Part shown: positions 18,201 through 27,083 of the stretch, piece after piece | How the letters are laid out: each line of letters starts with the position of its first letter | Position numbering within the stretch: position 1 is the first letter of the stretch | IMG/VR virus record: IMGVR_UViG_3300024264_002146 | Span: 1 to 63,270 of that record | DNA length: 63,270 bases | Strand: one strand, 5' to 3' | Origin: a virus | Taxonomy: Duplodnaviria; Caudoviricetes | Translations under genes and position numbers: made by a program | Notes under the pieces: generated by a model | Databases searched by the model: none | Told to the model about the DNA's origin: nothing | The model's input: the letters and a program-made list of their open reading frames with translations, nothing else

Positions 18201-21033
18201 AGGAGTGATGCAAACTGTAGTTAGTTCTTATGTTACTGCTAATTTAGGTGATAACTTAGATCTTATAAGTACTTTCACAATATCAGAAAACACAGATACT
18301 GCATTAGCAGCAGCAAGTTCTTTATCTTTTGGAGCATTAGCAACTCTAGAAGTTACATTTCCTAATGCACACGGACTAGTGCCTGGAAATACATTTATAG
18401 TAAGTATAAATTCAGATGACGGAGCTAACAATCATGCATTATCATCAGGATCATTCTTTGCAACTGATATACCGTCAACTGATAAACTAAGATTCCAAGC
18501 TAGAGCAGAAGGTACAATTGACGATACTATACAAATTGGTGGAGAAGTTTATCCAAGACCAGATAGCTTCTTTATACACAGACCGTTTGATGGCGGTGTA
18601 CAGCTAGGTACAGGCGGTCCGCAACACGGCTCACAAGCTATACGTCAAAGTAAAAAGTATATTCGTTACCAGTCAGGTAAAGGCATTATGTATACAACTG
18701 GCGCACTTTTTGCTCCGAGCTACGATATTAGAAGTATAACAGCAGAAGATGTAGAAGTTGGCTCACTTATAACTGTTGTTACTGATGATAACGATCACGG
18801 AGTACAAGAAGGCGGCATAATCCGTTTGCTAGGCGTAGAAACACCAGGATATAACAGTGGTCCTGAAACTGCTGTTCCTCCTACATTTGATTATACAGTT
18901 GTTGATATAGTTGACGAACGTACATTTAAAATAAGAGCCCAGCGTAGACTAGGTGCAACTACTGCTGTACTAGGTTTCGGCGCCCAAATGAGTGTTGTTA
19001 GTTGGCACGGTGCTACAGTACGTTCAGGTATCTTTGATGATCAAAATGGTATTTTTTGGGAGTTTGATGGCACACAGATAAGCGTTGTGCAAAGAACAGG
19101 TACTAGACAACTTGCTGGCACAATTGCATTATCTATAGATAGTAATCTTATATCAGGAACAAACACTAGATTTTTAGATCAATTAAAAGCAGGTGACAGA
19201 ATTATTATCAAAGGCATGACACATGTTGTGAGTCATGTTAATAGTCAAACCGAATGTACTATCACACCTGACTGGCGCGGAGTTGTAGATATTGTTGGTG
19301 CAAAAGCTAACTTAATTGTTGACAAGAAAACAAAACAAAAAGACTTTAATCTAGACAGATTAGACGGAACTGGACCAAGTGGTTACGATATTGATATTGC
19401 TAAAATGCAAATGATTGGTATTCAGTACAGTTGGTATGGTGCTGGTTTTATTGACTTTATGCTGCGTGGCGCAGATGGTAACTTTGTATTTGCGCACAGA
19501 ATGCGTAACTCAAACGTAAACACAGAAGCGTTTATGCGTTCAGGTAACTTGCCTGTGCGTTATGAAGTTAGTAACGAAGGGCCAAGTGGTAAATTAGCAG
19601 CAGCAATGGATTCAACTCAAAATACTATTCCGTTAGTAGACAGTAGTTTCTTTCCAGACTATGGTACAGTTTATATTGATAACGAAATTATATCATTTAC
19701 TGGTAATGATAAAACTACGGACACACTAACAGGAATAACTAGAGGAGCAACATTTACTAACTTCCAAGCAGGCGCCACAAGATCATACACAGCAAGTATA
19801 GCAGCTATTCATAACGATAGAACAGGTGTTGTATTAATATCGCAAACAATTACGCCATTAATTAGTCACTGGGGTAGTGCGTTTATTACAGACGGTGGTT
19901 TTGATGACGATCGAGGTTATATTTTCTCATATGCTGCGACAGGTGTTGCGATCAGTACTACTAAAAATACAGCCTTTATGATTCGTCTATCACCTAGTGT
20001 TAGTAATGCACTAACTGGTGACTTAGGTGAACGCGAACTACTAAACCGTGCGCAGTTATTACTATCAGGACTTGAAATTACTTCAGATACAAGCACAGGC
20101 GGTATTGTTGTCCAAGGCGTTCTTAATCCGCAAAACTATCCGTTAGATCCTGGATCAGTATCGTGGTCAAATCTAAGTGGCGCAGCACAAGGTGGCCAGC
20201 CTAGTTTTGCACAAATTGCTCCGGGTGGTGCTATTAACTGGAATGGCGGCGCAAGCGAAACTACTACTGCGGTTAATATTAGTGCAGACATACAAACTTC
20301 AACATACACTCCATTAGTATTTGGCACTGGTGAAAATAACTCACCGATTGAAATTCTTTCTAGTGTATATAATGGAGTTGGTGCAGCGTATACTGGTGCC
20401 GAAATTTACGAAGCAAATGGTAATGCATACAGCGGCGGCAGTCAAGGAACATACCTTGTAACTAGTATTAGAACAAGTGGAAATCAAACTCTTATAGATT
20501 TTAGAAGTACTACTGGTAGAACACGAAAAGCCACAAACTTTACTGGTACTCCTGGCATATTCTTTAAACAGTCATCATATACTGGATTTACAAACAAATT
20601 AATTTTTACTAAAGCAGCTTGGGAAGCAGGCGGTGCATCCGAAGGTACATCAGTTGCTATAACTGATACTAATTGGCCAGCAGGAACTGCGGTATCGAGT
20701 GTAGAACTAAAATCGTTAGGTGGAATTGAGTTTTATGAAGTTACATTTAACCAAACTTCTTTAAATTCGTTATCAACAAGTGATAATGTTACATTCCTCT
20801 TTGGACAACCACCATTTGCCCAACCAGGTGAAACTGTGTTCTCATTCATTGCTAACCCAGGTGAACGTTCTACACTAGATTTATCAGAATTGAAAGAGCT
20901 TACTAATACGCCACTAGGTGGACGAGGAACATATCCAAATGGTCCTGACGTGTTGGCTATTAATGTTTATAAGATTTCTGGAACAGAAGTTTCTGGTAAT
21001 ATTATTCTAAAATGGGGCGAAGCACAAGCTTAA
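15223..21033 (+). CDS. Very large virion structural (baseplate/tail) protein
   Basis: 1936 aa, Gly/Thr/Ser-rich, with five internal beta-sandwich-type repeats; late-gene context. Confidence 0.7.
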   Translation: MAKTQLKNYVYKPGLAATDNRYPDAYSLILQNKSFIQKESAAWIQDQIDASTAGFVGYTYNQEKCERDVGYNIDAYLLDIRYGGNENTYNTIKYYWDQDVAQIDGDRQPEIQTYGFIKTLINTYILQNTSYSASNTEVTQTLDLTKTAETDAIDEIDALLDNTIQVVTSGLSSLPTLVDNGVGRIKVQGRYDTDELLLITNTTKNEIIYNFSNPTTGGFVTLKTDSVNEDKDFLKYLQTTDAITTITLNYDTSSHSSTDDIQIFVEKIENGKSVVTTRPYDFGTDAIERMRIAPPLSMLDADFEYGLQPTKWAAISTMRGYPSIYEVPGTDTSVLSVITDASAGTSGVGQSLITVTTVSPHGFVEGDPITIKALEDSVVGAARAEGSFIIVDVPSDRTFTFFAKSKVGENDGDILSTTYTQLRKAGFYTGATIGNPTFSVLSNGSSGTMVTELGTAAGSDRIAFDGNAPEIGSPITDASNAIPVGAQVTGVRTTSSGGGTYITPTIEGDYGPGATSIQVTDSTGVVQDLALDSGTGTAVYVSSVAGNTINLSNPLTASLTGNTTTYTAVEGLNQTGVGVDAEFDVSRASGSYTIDAISNSGSNYEIGDRILVAGTLLGGLSPDNDLVVIVDTVLGSGAVETFSTEGTAFTGTLTLPGITAPPAEGGAGSGARFNVTIDNGSFDVTLATGPNDDDSTGYSVTDQVIIAGDEFPGGFSPANDLIIQVTAITSGGAIDTFTVSGTAPDASATITNPPIASTTTVAGSNAAYDVTITGSVYSVTRTNDGINYLPTEEIVISGAELGGTSPTNDLTITIDNVDGTGAITAESASGVATGILPVGDFDASNLIGSGLTFNVGLDAGTYSVVVADTGTNYGIGQEIIIPGSSLVGEDVTNNLTVTISTLIGENGVDAITSSGTAASGTASYTSVAGSNDAPIGSNGEFTIQRTGGTYGSITITNGGNGYQIGNRIKIIGGQLGGQSPQNDLILRVTGAVAGVMQTVVSSYVTANLGDNLDLISTFTISENTDTALAAASSLSFGALATLEVTFPNAHGLVPGNTFIVSINSDDGANNHALSSGSFFATDIPSTDKLRFQARAEGTIDDTIQIGGEVYPRPDSFFIHRPFDGGVQLGTGGPQHGSQAIRQSKKYIRYQSGKGIMYTTGALFAPSYDIRSITAEDVEVGSLITVVTDDNDHGVQEGGIIRLLGVETPGYNSGPETAVPPTFDYTVVDIVDERTFKIRAQRRLGATTAVLGFGAQMSVVSWHGATVRSGIFDDQNGIFWEFDGTQISVVQRTGTRQLAGTIALSIDSNLISGTNTRFLDQLKAGDRIIIKGMTHVVSHVNSQTECTITPDWRGVVDIVGAKANLIVDKKTKQKDFNLDRLDGTGPSGYDIDIAKMQMIGIQYSWYGAGFIDFMLRGADGNFVFAHRMRNSNVNTEAFMRSGNLPVRYEVSNEGPSGKLAAAMDSTQNTIPLVDSSFFPDYGTVYIDNEIISFTGNDKTTDTLTGITRGATFTNFQAGATRSYTASIAAIHNDRTGVVLISQTITPLISHWGSAFITDGGFDDDRGYIFSYAATGVAISTTKNTAFMIRLSPSVSNALTGDLGERELLNRAQLLLSGLEITSDTSTGGIVVQGVLNPQNYPLDPGSVSWSNLSGAAQGGQPSFAQIAPGGAINWNGGASETTTAVNISADIQTSTYTPLVFGTGENNSPIEILSSVYNGVGAAYTGAEIYEANGNAYSGGSQGTYLVTSIRTSGNQTLIDFRSTTGRTRKATNFTGTPGIFFKQSSYTGFTNKLIFTKAAWEAGGASEGTSVAITDTNWPAGTAVSSVELKSLGGIEFYEVTFNQTSLNSLSTSDNVTFLFGQPPFAQPGETVFSFIANPGERSTLDLSELKELTNTPLGGRGTYPNGPDVLAINVYKISGTEVSGNIILKWGEAQA
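17020..18190 (+). repeat. Five ~90-100 aa protein-level repeats
   Basis: Recurring G-x-(N/G)-Y-x2-G-(D/E)-x-I-x-I-x-G-x2-LGG-x-SP-x-NDL-x-I-x-V motif; boundaries approximate. Confidence 0.75.
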
Positions 21034-21662
21034 TCCTGTGCTTCTAACCAGTTTACAAAGGCAGCAAGATCATCAAAAATCTTAGTTGCCTTTTTAATCT
21101 TTTTGTATGTAAATCGTTTGTTTATTAATTCTTCTGTTTCTTTACCGTAACCTGTACGTACTAGTATTGGTTTAGAATTCATTTTCATCGCTACTTTTAA
21201 ATCAGAGATTTTGTCTCCTACATAGTACCCTTTAGAAAATTTTATATCAGAATGTTCTTTTTCACAACGCTTAAACATTCCTGTGTTAGGCTTAGCATAC
21301 ATATCATTTTTTGCACTGCTTGCGCTATAGTAAAGTGCATTAATACTAGGACAACCTGCTTTACCTAAGAGTTCAAACATATAGTTGTGTAATTTATCAA
21401 CATCGTCTTCTGTAAAAAGCCCGTGCTCTATGCCGCCTTGATTTGTTATAATAACAATCTTGTGTCCTAATTGTCTAATCCTAGCAACTGCTTCTAAACT
21501 TCCTTCTATAGGTTCAAAATCTTTTGGATCTACAGTGTAAGTGCCCCTATCAATGTTAAGGACACCGTCTCTATCTAAGCCGATTACACACTTTTTATCA
21601 AAATTTTTCGCCATTTGAGTAACATCGCTACTCCAAAGTACTTTAGGCTGTGGGACTGTCAT
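21030..21662 (-). CDS. gmhB: D,D-heptose 1,7-bisphosphate phosphatase (HAD IIIA)
   Basis: LDRDGVLN, ITNQGG, KPNTGM, VGDKISD and VRTGYG motifs; clustered with hldD/hldE. Confidence 0.88.
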   Translation of the reverse strand: MTVPQPKVLWSSDVTQMAKNFDKKCVIGLDRDGVLNIDRGTYTVDPKDFEPIEGSLEAVARIRQLGHKIVIITNQGGIEHGLFTEDDVDKLHNYMFELLGKAGCPSINALYYSASSAKNDMYAKPNTGMFKRCEKEHSDIKFSKGYYVGDKISDLKVAMKMNSKPILVRTGYGKETEELINKRFTYKKIKKATKIFDDLAAFVNWLEAQD

Positions 21663-22035
21663 TTTGACTATCCCCTGGAAAAACTCTATAGTTGTCCTCT
21701 ACGCTGTCTGCTGTTGACACTTCAGTTATACTAGAACCGGCAACAAGGCATTCTAATTGATGCGGTTGTAATGGAGGATTATGCCATGTTTCGCCTTCTA
21801 CTAATTCTTTTTCATGCATTTGTGCATTAGTAGTATCGATCCAGCGCACCATAAATTTACCAGTATTTACAAACCAAGTTTCATCTTTTTCTCTATGAAA
21901 GTGCATTGAAAATTTAGCACCTTCCTTTTCAAACACCATAATCTTGCCACAGTATTTGTCATTAGATGCCCAAATTAATTCGTAGCCCCATCCTTTAGGT
22001 ACAACCCCATTTAGTCTAGTCGATTCACTTTCCAT
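21643..22035 (-). CDS. Cupin-fold sugar(-phosphate) isomerase-like protein
   Basis: KGWG.E and SMHFHREKDETW...PH cupin metal motif. Confidence 0.75.
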   Translation of the reverse strand: MESESTRLNGVVPKGWGYELIWASNDKYCGKIMVFEKEGAKFSMHFHREKDETWFVNTGKFMVRWIDTTNAQMHEKELVEGETWHNPPLQPHQLECLVAGSSITEVSTADSVEDNYRVFPGDSQNDSPTA

Positions 22036-22843
22036 TAATATAATCCTCTATGTTTGTCCACTGCATATCTACTACACTATTTAAATTAGTTAACTCTGCA
22101 CAGGTATAACTTTGGTATTGTGATTTTATGTTATCTGGCATTGGTATGTATTCAATGTCACCTCCGTGTTTGTTAACAATGGATTGCGCTACTGTTTCAA
22201 AACTTACTGGACGTCCTGTACCTACATTAAAGATGCCTGATTGATCTACATCAAACATTTTTTCATGTAGTCTACATATATCGTCTACACATACAAAATC
22301 TCTAAGATAATTATTACTATCTTCAAATAACTTAATTACACCGTTGTCCTTAGCTTGATATGCAAATTTAGTATACGGACTTGCTTGATCACCTTTGTGT
22401 TCTTCGCCTTCCCCATAAACATTAAAGTAACGGAAGCCTTGTATTTTAATAGCAAACTCGTCTATGTATTGATTTATAAATCTATCAAACAAATACTTTG
22501 ACCATGCATAAGGACTTTGTGGCAATAACGGACCGCTCTCAGTAAAATGTGTAGTTGGACCGTAAACACTTGCACTAGATGCATATTGTAAATTAGTACC
22601 AAAGTTTTCACATATTTGTGCTAGTCTAACACTGAACTCAAAATTTTGTTCTAGTATTTGATCCACATCAGTAAAGGTAGTTGAACTAATTGCACCCAAG
22701 TGTATACACCAATCATAGCCTTCAGTATGTGGAAGCACACCTGGCTCCCATTCCCAGCCTTCTACTTCGTGGCCTTGTTGTTGCAAATAGCTTGCAACAT
22801 TTTTACCAATAAATCCTTGGTTTCCTGTAACTAATATTTTCAT
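22025..22843 (-). CDS. hldD: ADP-L-glycero-D-manno-heptose 6-epimerase
   Basis: HLGAISSTT, YASSASVYG, YAWSK, FRYFNVYG.GE.HKG, RDFV and YQSYT motifs. Confidence 0.9.
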   Translation of the reverse strand: MKILVTGNQGFIGKNVASYLQQQGHEVEGWEWEPGVLPHTEGYDWCIHLGAISSTTFTDVDQILEQNFEFSVRLAQICENFGTNLQYASSASVYGPTTHFTESGPLLPQSPYAWSKYLFDRFINQYIDEFAIKIQGFRYFNVYGEGEEHKGDQASPYTKFAYQAKDNGVIKLFEDSNNYLRDFVCVDDICRLHEKMFDVDQSGIFNVGTGRPVSFETVAQSIVNKHGGDIEYIPMPDNIKSQYQSYTCAELTNLNSVVDMQWTNIEDYINGK

Positions 22844-23979
22844 TTGCTGTTCTCTATAATCTGTGTTGTTGAATATCCGCCTACTGTAGGTATAATATGT
22901 ACATTAGCTAACTCGTGCCCCACAACAGTTTCAACAGTGTAATCTCCGCCTTTTACAATTAAGTTAGGCTGTATGTGTTTAATTAATTCGTATGGTGTAT
23001 CTTGTTCAAAAACGTGAACTTCGTCTACCCACGGTAGTATAGATATTTGTTCAACACGTTTTTCTATATTGTTTACTGGACGATTGTTGCCCTTTAGGCG
23101 TTTTACACTTGCATCTGAGTTAAGACCAACTATAAGTTTGTCGCCTAAACTACGTGCTTCTTTTAGTAAATTAAAATGTCCTGTGTGCATAATATCAAAC
23201 ACACCGTTTGTAAAGATTACACGTTCTTCAATATCATTGTGTGTAAGTATATATGTACCTACGTGCTGTACTGCACGTCTAGATCCTTTAATAGCAAGTT
23301 CTAAACATTGCGTATAATCATAATTCTTAGTTAAGCCATATACAAATGCTGCCAAAAAACAATCGCCTGCACCAGTAACATCTGATACTTCTACTTGTGC
23401 AACAGGCAGATTATAATCAACACCGTCTATACTAGCAACTACATTATCTCCAGCATTAGTAGTAATAATATTACCTTGCCAATTATTAAATCCAAATTTA
23501 ATAAATTCAACATTGTTAGGTTTTACTAACCATGCGTCTTTATACTGATTTGCATGCTCTTTAGGATCTACAATAATTTTACAATTAAATTTATTAAGGT
23601 GTTCAATAATTTTAAGAGATTCGTCAAGTACGCCTTTGTTGTAGTCACTTAATATTACATAATCATATTCTGAAAAATCACTACGTAATACATTGCTCAA
23701 CACAGCAGTACTATCTGCAACTTTGTCGTCGTCTATTCGTGTGATATAATGTCCGTCACAAATAACTCGCGTCTTGATACTACGCGGTTGTTCAGTTTGT
23801 AATAGTGTAACATCTACACCTAGACTTTTAAGATTTTCGTATACTAGTCCCGCGCCGCCTAGTGTTTCAACTTCATGCTGATATTTGACCACAGGCACAG
23901 GCGCTTCAGGACTTATGCGTTCTGAAGTGCCATAGATATATTTGTCGATTATTACATCACCAAAAACTAATACTTTCAT
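22840..23979 (-). CDS. hldE: Bifunctional heptose-7-phosphate kinase / heptose-1-phosphate adenylyltransferase
   Basis: RISPEAPVPV, SDYNKG, DVTGAGD (PfkB kinase) fused to FTNGVFDIMHTGH, GLNSDASV, KGGDY, STT (nucleotidyltransferase). Confidence 0.93.
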   Translation of the reverse strand: MKVLVFGDVIIDKYIYGTSERISPEAPVPVVKYQHEVETLGGAGLVYENLKSLGVDVTLLQTEQPRSIKTRVICDGHYITRIDDDKVADSTAVLSNVLRSDFSEYDYVILSDYNKGVLDESLKIIEHLNKFNCKIIVDPKEHANQYKDAWLVKPNNVEFIKFGFNNWQGNIITTNAGDNVVASIDGVDYNLPVAQVEVSDVTGAGDCFLAAFVYGLTKNYDYTQCLELAIKGSRRAVQHVGTYILTHNDIEERVIFTNGVFDIMHTGHFNLLKEARSLGDKLIVGLNSDASVKRLKGNNRPVNNIEKRVEQISILPWVDEVHVFEQDTPYELIKHIQPNLIVKGGDYTVETVVGHELANVHIIPTVGGYSTTQIIENSK

Positions 23980-23985
23980 AGTTTT

Positions 23986-24014
23986 ATTATACTTTCTTTT
24001 GTATTATTTGTCAA
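23986..24014 (-). promoter_or_regulatory. Consensus sigma70 (early) promoter for the heptose cassette
   Basis: Minus strand TTGACA-N17-TATAAT, 6 nt before the hldE ATG. Confidence 0.88.
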
Positions 24015-24441
24015 GAAGATTTATAGTTTGGAATACAGTTTCTAATTTAGATAAGTTGACTTTACTTTGAAGTGTATTGCGCAACCCGTGATGTAACGGT
24101 TTTGGCCATTTGGTAAAACTACACCAAGCATATCCGTTATGCTCGTCATTTAATATAGGAATAAATTCAGATTGTACTACACATAGGTATGTATGAAAGT
24201 GAAACTTACTATCTGCGCTAATGAAACTTTCTAGAGGCAATGTCTTTCTAATATCAGGCATACTACCAATTTCTTCTGAAATTTCTCTTTGTAGGCCTTC
24301 CCAAGGTGTTTCTTTGCCCTCGTTAGTACCTCCTACAAGCCCCCACATGTTGTTACGTTTACCGTTGGCTCTGTGTAAAAAAAGAAATCTATTAGTATCT
24401 AGTGTGTAGAATAATGCACCGCTACAAGTAATTTTTGTCAT
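24004..24441 (-). CDS. NUDIX hydrolase
   Basis: Nudix box GG-x5-E-x7-REISEEIG. Start reassigned to MTKITCSG (24441), 5 nt after a GATAATTA box. Confidence 0.85.
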   Translation of the reverse strand: MTKITCSGALFYTLDTNRFLFLHRANGKRNNMWGLVGGTNEGKETPWEGLQREISEEIGSMPDIRKTLPLESFISADSKFHFHTYLCVVQSEFIPILNDEHNGYAWCSFTKWPKPLHHGLRNTLQSKVNLSKLETVFQTINLLDK

Positions 24442-24449
24442 ACTAATAA

Positions 24450-25856
24450 TTATCCAGCTAGATCTATTCTCCATGTTCCAATTGGATATTCACCGTCGAT
24501 ACTTAACAACCATTCTCCGTTAGCAAATCTATATTGCACACTAGTATTTAAATTTGTTGTATAGGTAGTAGTAGTTGTTTCGCTTGCATCAAAAACAATA
24601 CTCCAATTGTTTCCATCCCATTCTATTATATCATTTATGTCTGCTACTAAGTTGGTATTGTTTGAATTTTTCCAAGCACTTGCACCTACATTAGACAAAT
24701 CTGTTCCTATTGCATCTAACAATAAAAGTCGTAATCCTGCAACTTTAATATCGGTTGGATTAAATCCACCAGGATCAATAATATAGTCTATTGTAGTTCT
24801 ACCTTGTATAATAGTGTCTGAAGGGAAACTATCAGTATCAAAATTAATTTCTATTTTTTTATCATCAAACGGATTAATTGCAAAGGTTCCAGTTATAGTA
24901 CTGTTATTTTCTGAATTTGTAAGATAAATCCTACTTACGTCGGTTTGATAAGTGTTTGGCAATACTTCAAAAATTTCTTGCCAATTTTTACCTATACTGC
25001 CGTTGCCATATAATTGTGCAGTACCTGAATTTAGATACACTCCGTACTGTCTATAATTAACATTAGCCATTTCTGATGCTATAGAAGTCTGTGCTTTTCT
25101 GTTTGTATCGTCTCCAGACATGCCTGGCAAAAAGTCTGTATATGCATTGTTTTCTGGCGCACTTACGCCGTCCTCTATTGTTCCTCTTTGTTCGTCAAAC
25201 ATGCTTGTAATAATATTTGTAATAACACCCATTTTCTTAACTCTGGTCGGAGGACTAATGTATATCGGTATAGAAAAAGTTAGAGTAGAAATATCAATTT
25301 CGCTATCAACACCTACTGGTACACTTCTATTTGACCACTGTACATTTTCTAAATTTACAACAGTAATACTAGTCCAATCAATAAAGTTGTCAGTAGTTTG
25401 CATTTCTAAACTTGGATTAAACAACACAAGTATTTGTTCAAGAATTTGTAATTTTTGATCAGTATTTGATGCCCAGATATCTGCATTTACACGCATCATA
25501 TAAGGTGTAGGTATTAATCTTTCAACTGTATAGTTTTTGCCTTGATAGTTTAAATATTCATTATTTTCTTCGTCATATGCACGTTCGCGTATATTCACTT
25601 TACGTGTATATGTTGCATCAGTTAACCTATCTCTATCTAATTCTAAACCTGTAACATATACTGCTATCCTAGGTGTACTAGGTAACTTATTTTCTGAATT
25701 TTCTCTTATAATGTTTGCTACTTGTCGAGTCAAATCGCCATACGTAACAGGAACATCTTTTGTTTTTCCCTTGCCATCTTTGACAGGAAAATTACTCAAT
25801 ATGCGCATCATTTGAGTAGTGTATCTTCTAATTTGGCCGTCGTAAAAGTGTAGCAT
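24450..25856 (-). CDS. Tail sheath stabiliser / tail terminator (T4 gp15-like) with C-terminal extension
   Basis: FYD.QIRRY, VPV.YG, QKLQILEQIL..FNP motifs; adjacent to the neck genes. Confidence 0.75.
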   Translation of the reverse strand: MLHFYDGQIRRYTTQMMRILSNFPVKDGKGKTKDVPVTYGDLTRQVANIIRENSENKLPSTPRIAVYVTGLELDRDRLTDATYTRKVNIRERAYDEENNEYLNYQGKNYTVERLIPTPYMMRVNADIWASNTDQKLQILEQILVLFNPSLEMQTTDNFIDWTSITVVNLENVQWSNRSVPVGVDSEIDISTLTFSIPIYISPPTRVKKMGVITNIITSMFDEQRGTIEDGVSAPENNAYTDFLPGMSGDDTNRKAQTSIASEMANVNYRQYGVYLNSGTAQLYGNGSIGKNWQEIFEVLPNTYQTDVSRIYLTNSENNSTITGTFAINPFDDKKIEINFDTDSFPSDTIIQGRTTIDYIIDPGGFNPTDIKVAGLRLLLLDAIGTDLSNVGASAWKNSNNTNLVADINDIIEWDGNNWSIVFDASETTTTTYTTNLNTSVQYRFANGEWLLSIDGEYPIGTWRIDLAG

Positions 25857-27019
25857 TAAGTATTATCCGCCTTTGGTCGAAGTGCTTTAGAAAGACTCTG
25901 TCTTTCTTCGACTATTTCTCCGTCTATATCATTAGTATTTGTATTATTAATAAATTGTGTTTTATAAGTTTGACGTTCTAATGTATTACTTAAAGTCATT
26001 CTAATATCTTGGTTCATTTTGACCCAACGAGTGCCGTCATATTTAAACATTCTGTTTGGAAGAAAGTCTGTCCTCAAAAAGTAATCACCTTCTTGATTAT
26101 CAATAGGAAAAGATATACCAAAACCAAATGGCGCACCATTTGGAGCAGCATCTCCAGTGCCAACTAGATATCCAGTATAACCTTCTCTGTCTGGTCTATC
26201 GGTAACTTCGTCTGCATTTGTATTAATATTAGAAGCATCTAATTCATCAGTATCTGCTGTTCTAAGTGCAACACTACCGTCCTCATTAGTAGCAATAGTG
26301 TAATAATGACTTATGTCATAACCTGACTTTGGGGAGTCTGCTTCTGCTTGTGCTACTACTGCATTGTTAATCTGCATTTCTTTTTCGTAGGTACTTAATA
26401 CATCGCGTAACGTATTATCACTACCTTCTTCTGCAGGTAAATCGAGTATTTCAGCGTATTCCTGTCCGTCATATATTTGCTTCAATTTTAAGCGATATAA
26501 GTGTGGATACCATGTTTGTGAAAATCCCTCCGCTGCACGATTAATATCTTCTATAACATAAAAGCGTTTAAGCGCAACACTATAATCATTTAGTGCATAC
26601 TCGTCTTTAAGGTGCGGCAGTTCGATAACATCCCCGCTAATAGGTTTTCTGCCTAAAGTCTTTACAATGCTAGTAATATGTACAGTCATAAAAAGTGTAT
26701 CGTTACTAAGGAATAAACCAAATTGACTTAGGTCAAAATCAATATCTTGTACATTATATATGCACCTAGTGTTGTAAATATCAGGATCGTACTTTCTGTC
26801 ACGATTTTCAAGGAATAACAAATCTTGTATATTAGTTTCTGCAACAGCATCATATTCTGGCTGTACAGCACTACGGTCGTCGTCAGAAGGATTGTTGGGT
26901 CCTAAATATTTGTGTATGTTTACATCAGTTCCGCCAATAGTAAACATTTCTTGGATCTGCTTGTCCAAAAAATGATAATCATTGCCGCGTTCTGGTTTGT
27001 ATAAGCTAAGACGTGGAAT
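25856..27019 (-). CDS. Neck / head-closure protein (T4 gp14-like)
   Basis: LSQFGLFLSND and GDVIELPHL motifs. The frame extends 17 codons beyond the ORF-track start to an ATT with AGGAG 8 nt upstream. Confidence 0.7.
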   Translation of the reverse strand: MPRLSLYKPERGNDYHFLDKQIQEMFTIGGTDVNIHKYLGPNNPSDDDRSAVQPEYDAVAETNIQDLLFLENRDRKYDPDIYNTRCIYNVQDIDFDLSQFGLFLSNDTLFMTVHITSIVKTLGRKPISGDVIELPHLKDEYALNDYSVALKRFYVIEDINRAAEGFSQTWYPHLYRLKLKQIYDGQEYAEILDLPAEEGSDNTLRDVLSTYEKEMQINNAVVAQAEADSPKSGYDISHYYTIATNEDGSVALRTADTDELDASNINTNADEVTDRPDREGYTGYLVGTGDAAPNGAPFGFGISFPIDNQEGDYFLRTDFLPNRMFKYDGTRWVKMNQDIRMTLSNTLERQTYKTQFINNTNTNDIDGEIVEERQSLSKALRPKADNT

Positions 27020-27044
27020 AACTTTTTCTCCTATCCGTTATACA

Positions 27045-27066
27045 TATTTATCGCTAGCGATAAATA
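27045..27066. promoter_or_regulatory. Back-to-back divergent late promoters forming a 22-bp palindrome
   Basis: TATTTATCGCTAGCGATAAATA is its own reverse complement, giving GATAAATA on both strands. Confidence 0.8.
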
Positions 27067-27083
27067 CTATACGGAGAACTTCA

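Noticed and set aside
26982-27083. ORF-track N-terminal extension of gp13 (similarly the track starts at 24474, 29411, 36706, 39771, 45468, 54615, 55508)
   Set aside because: These starts lie upstream of or across the promoter box, or inside neighbouring genes; downstream ATGs have RBS, promoter or coupling support.
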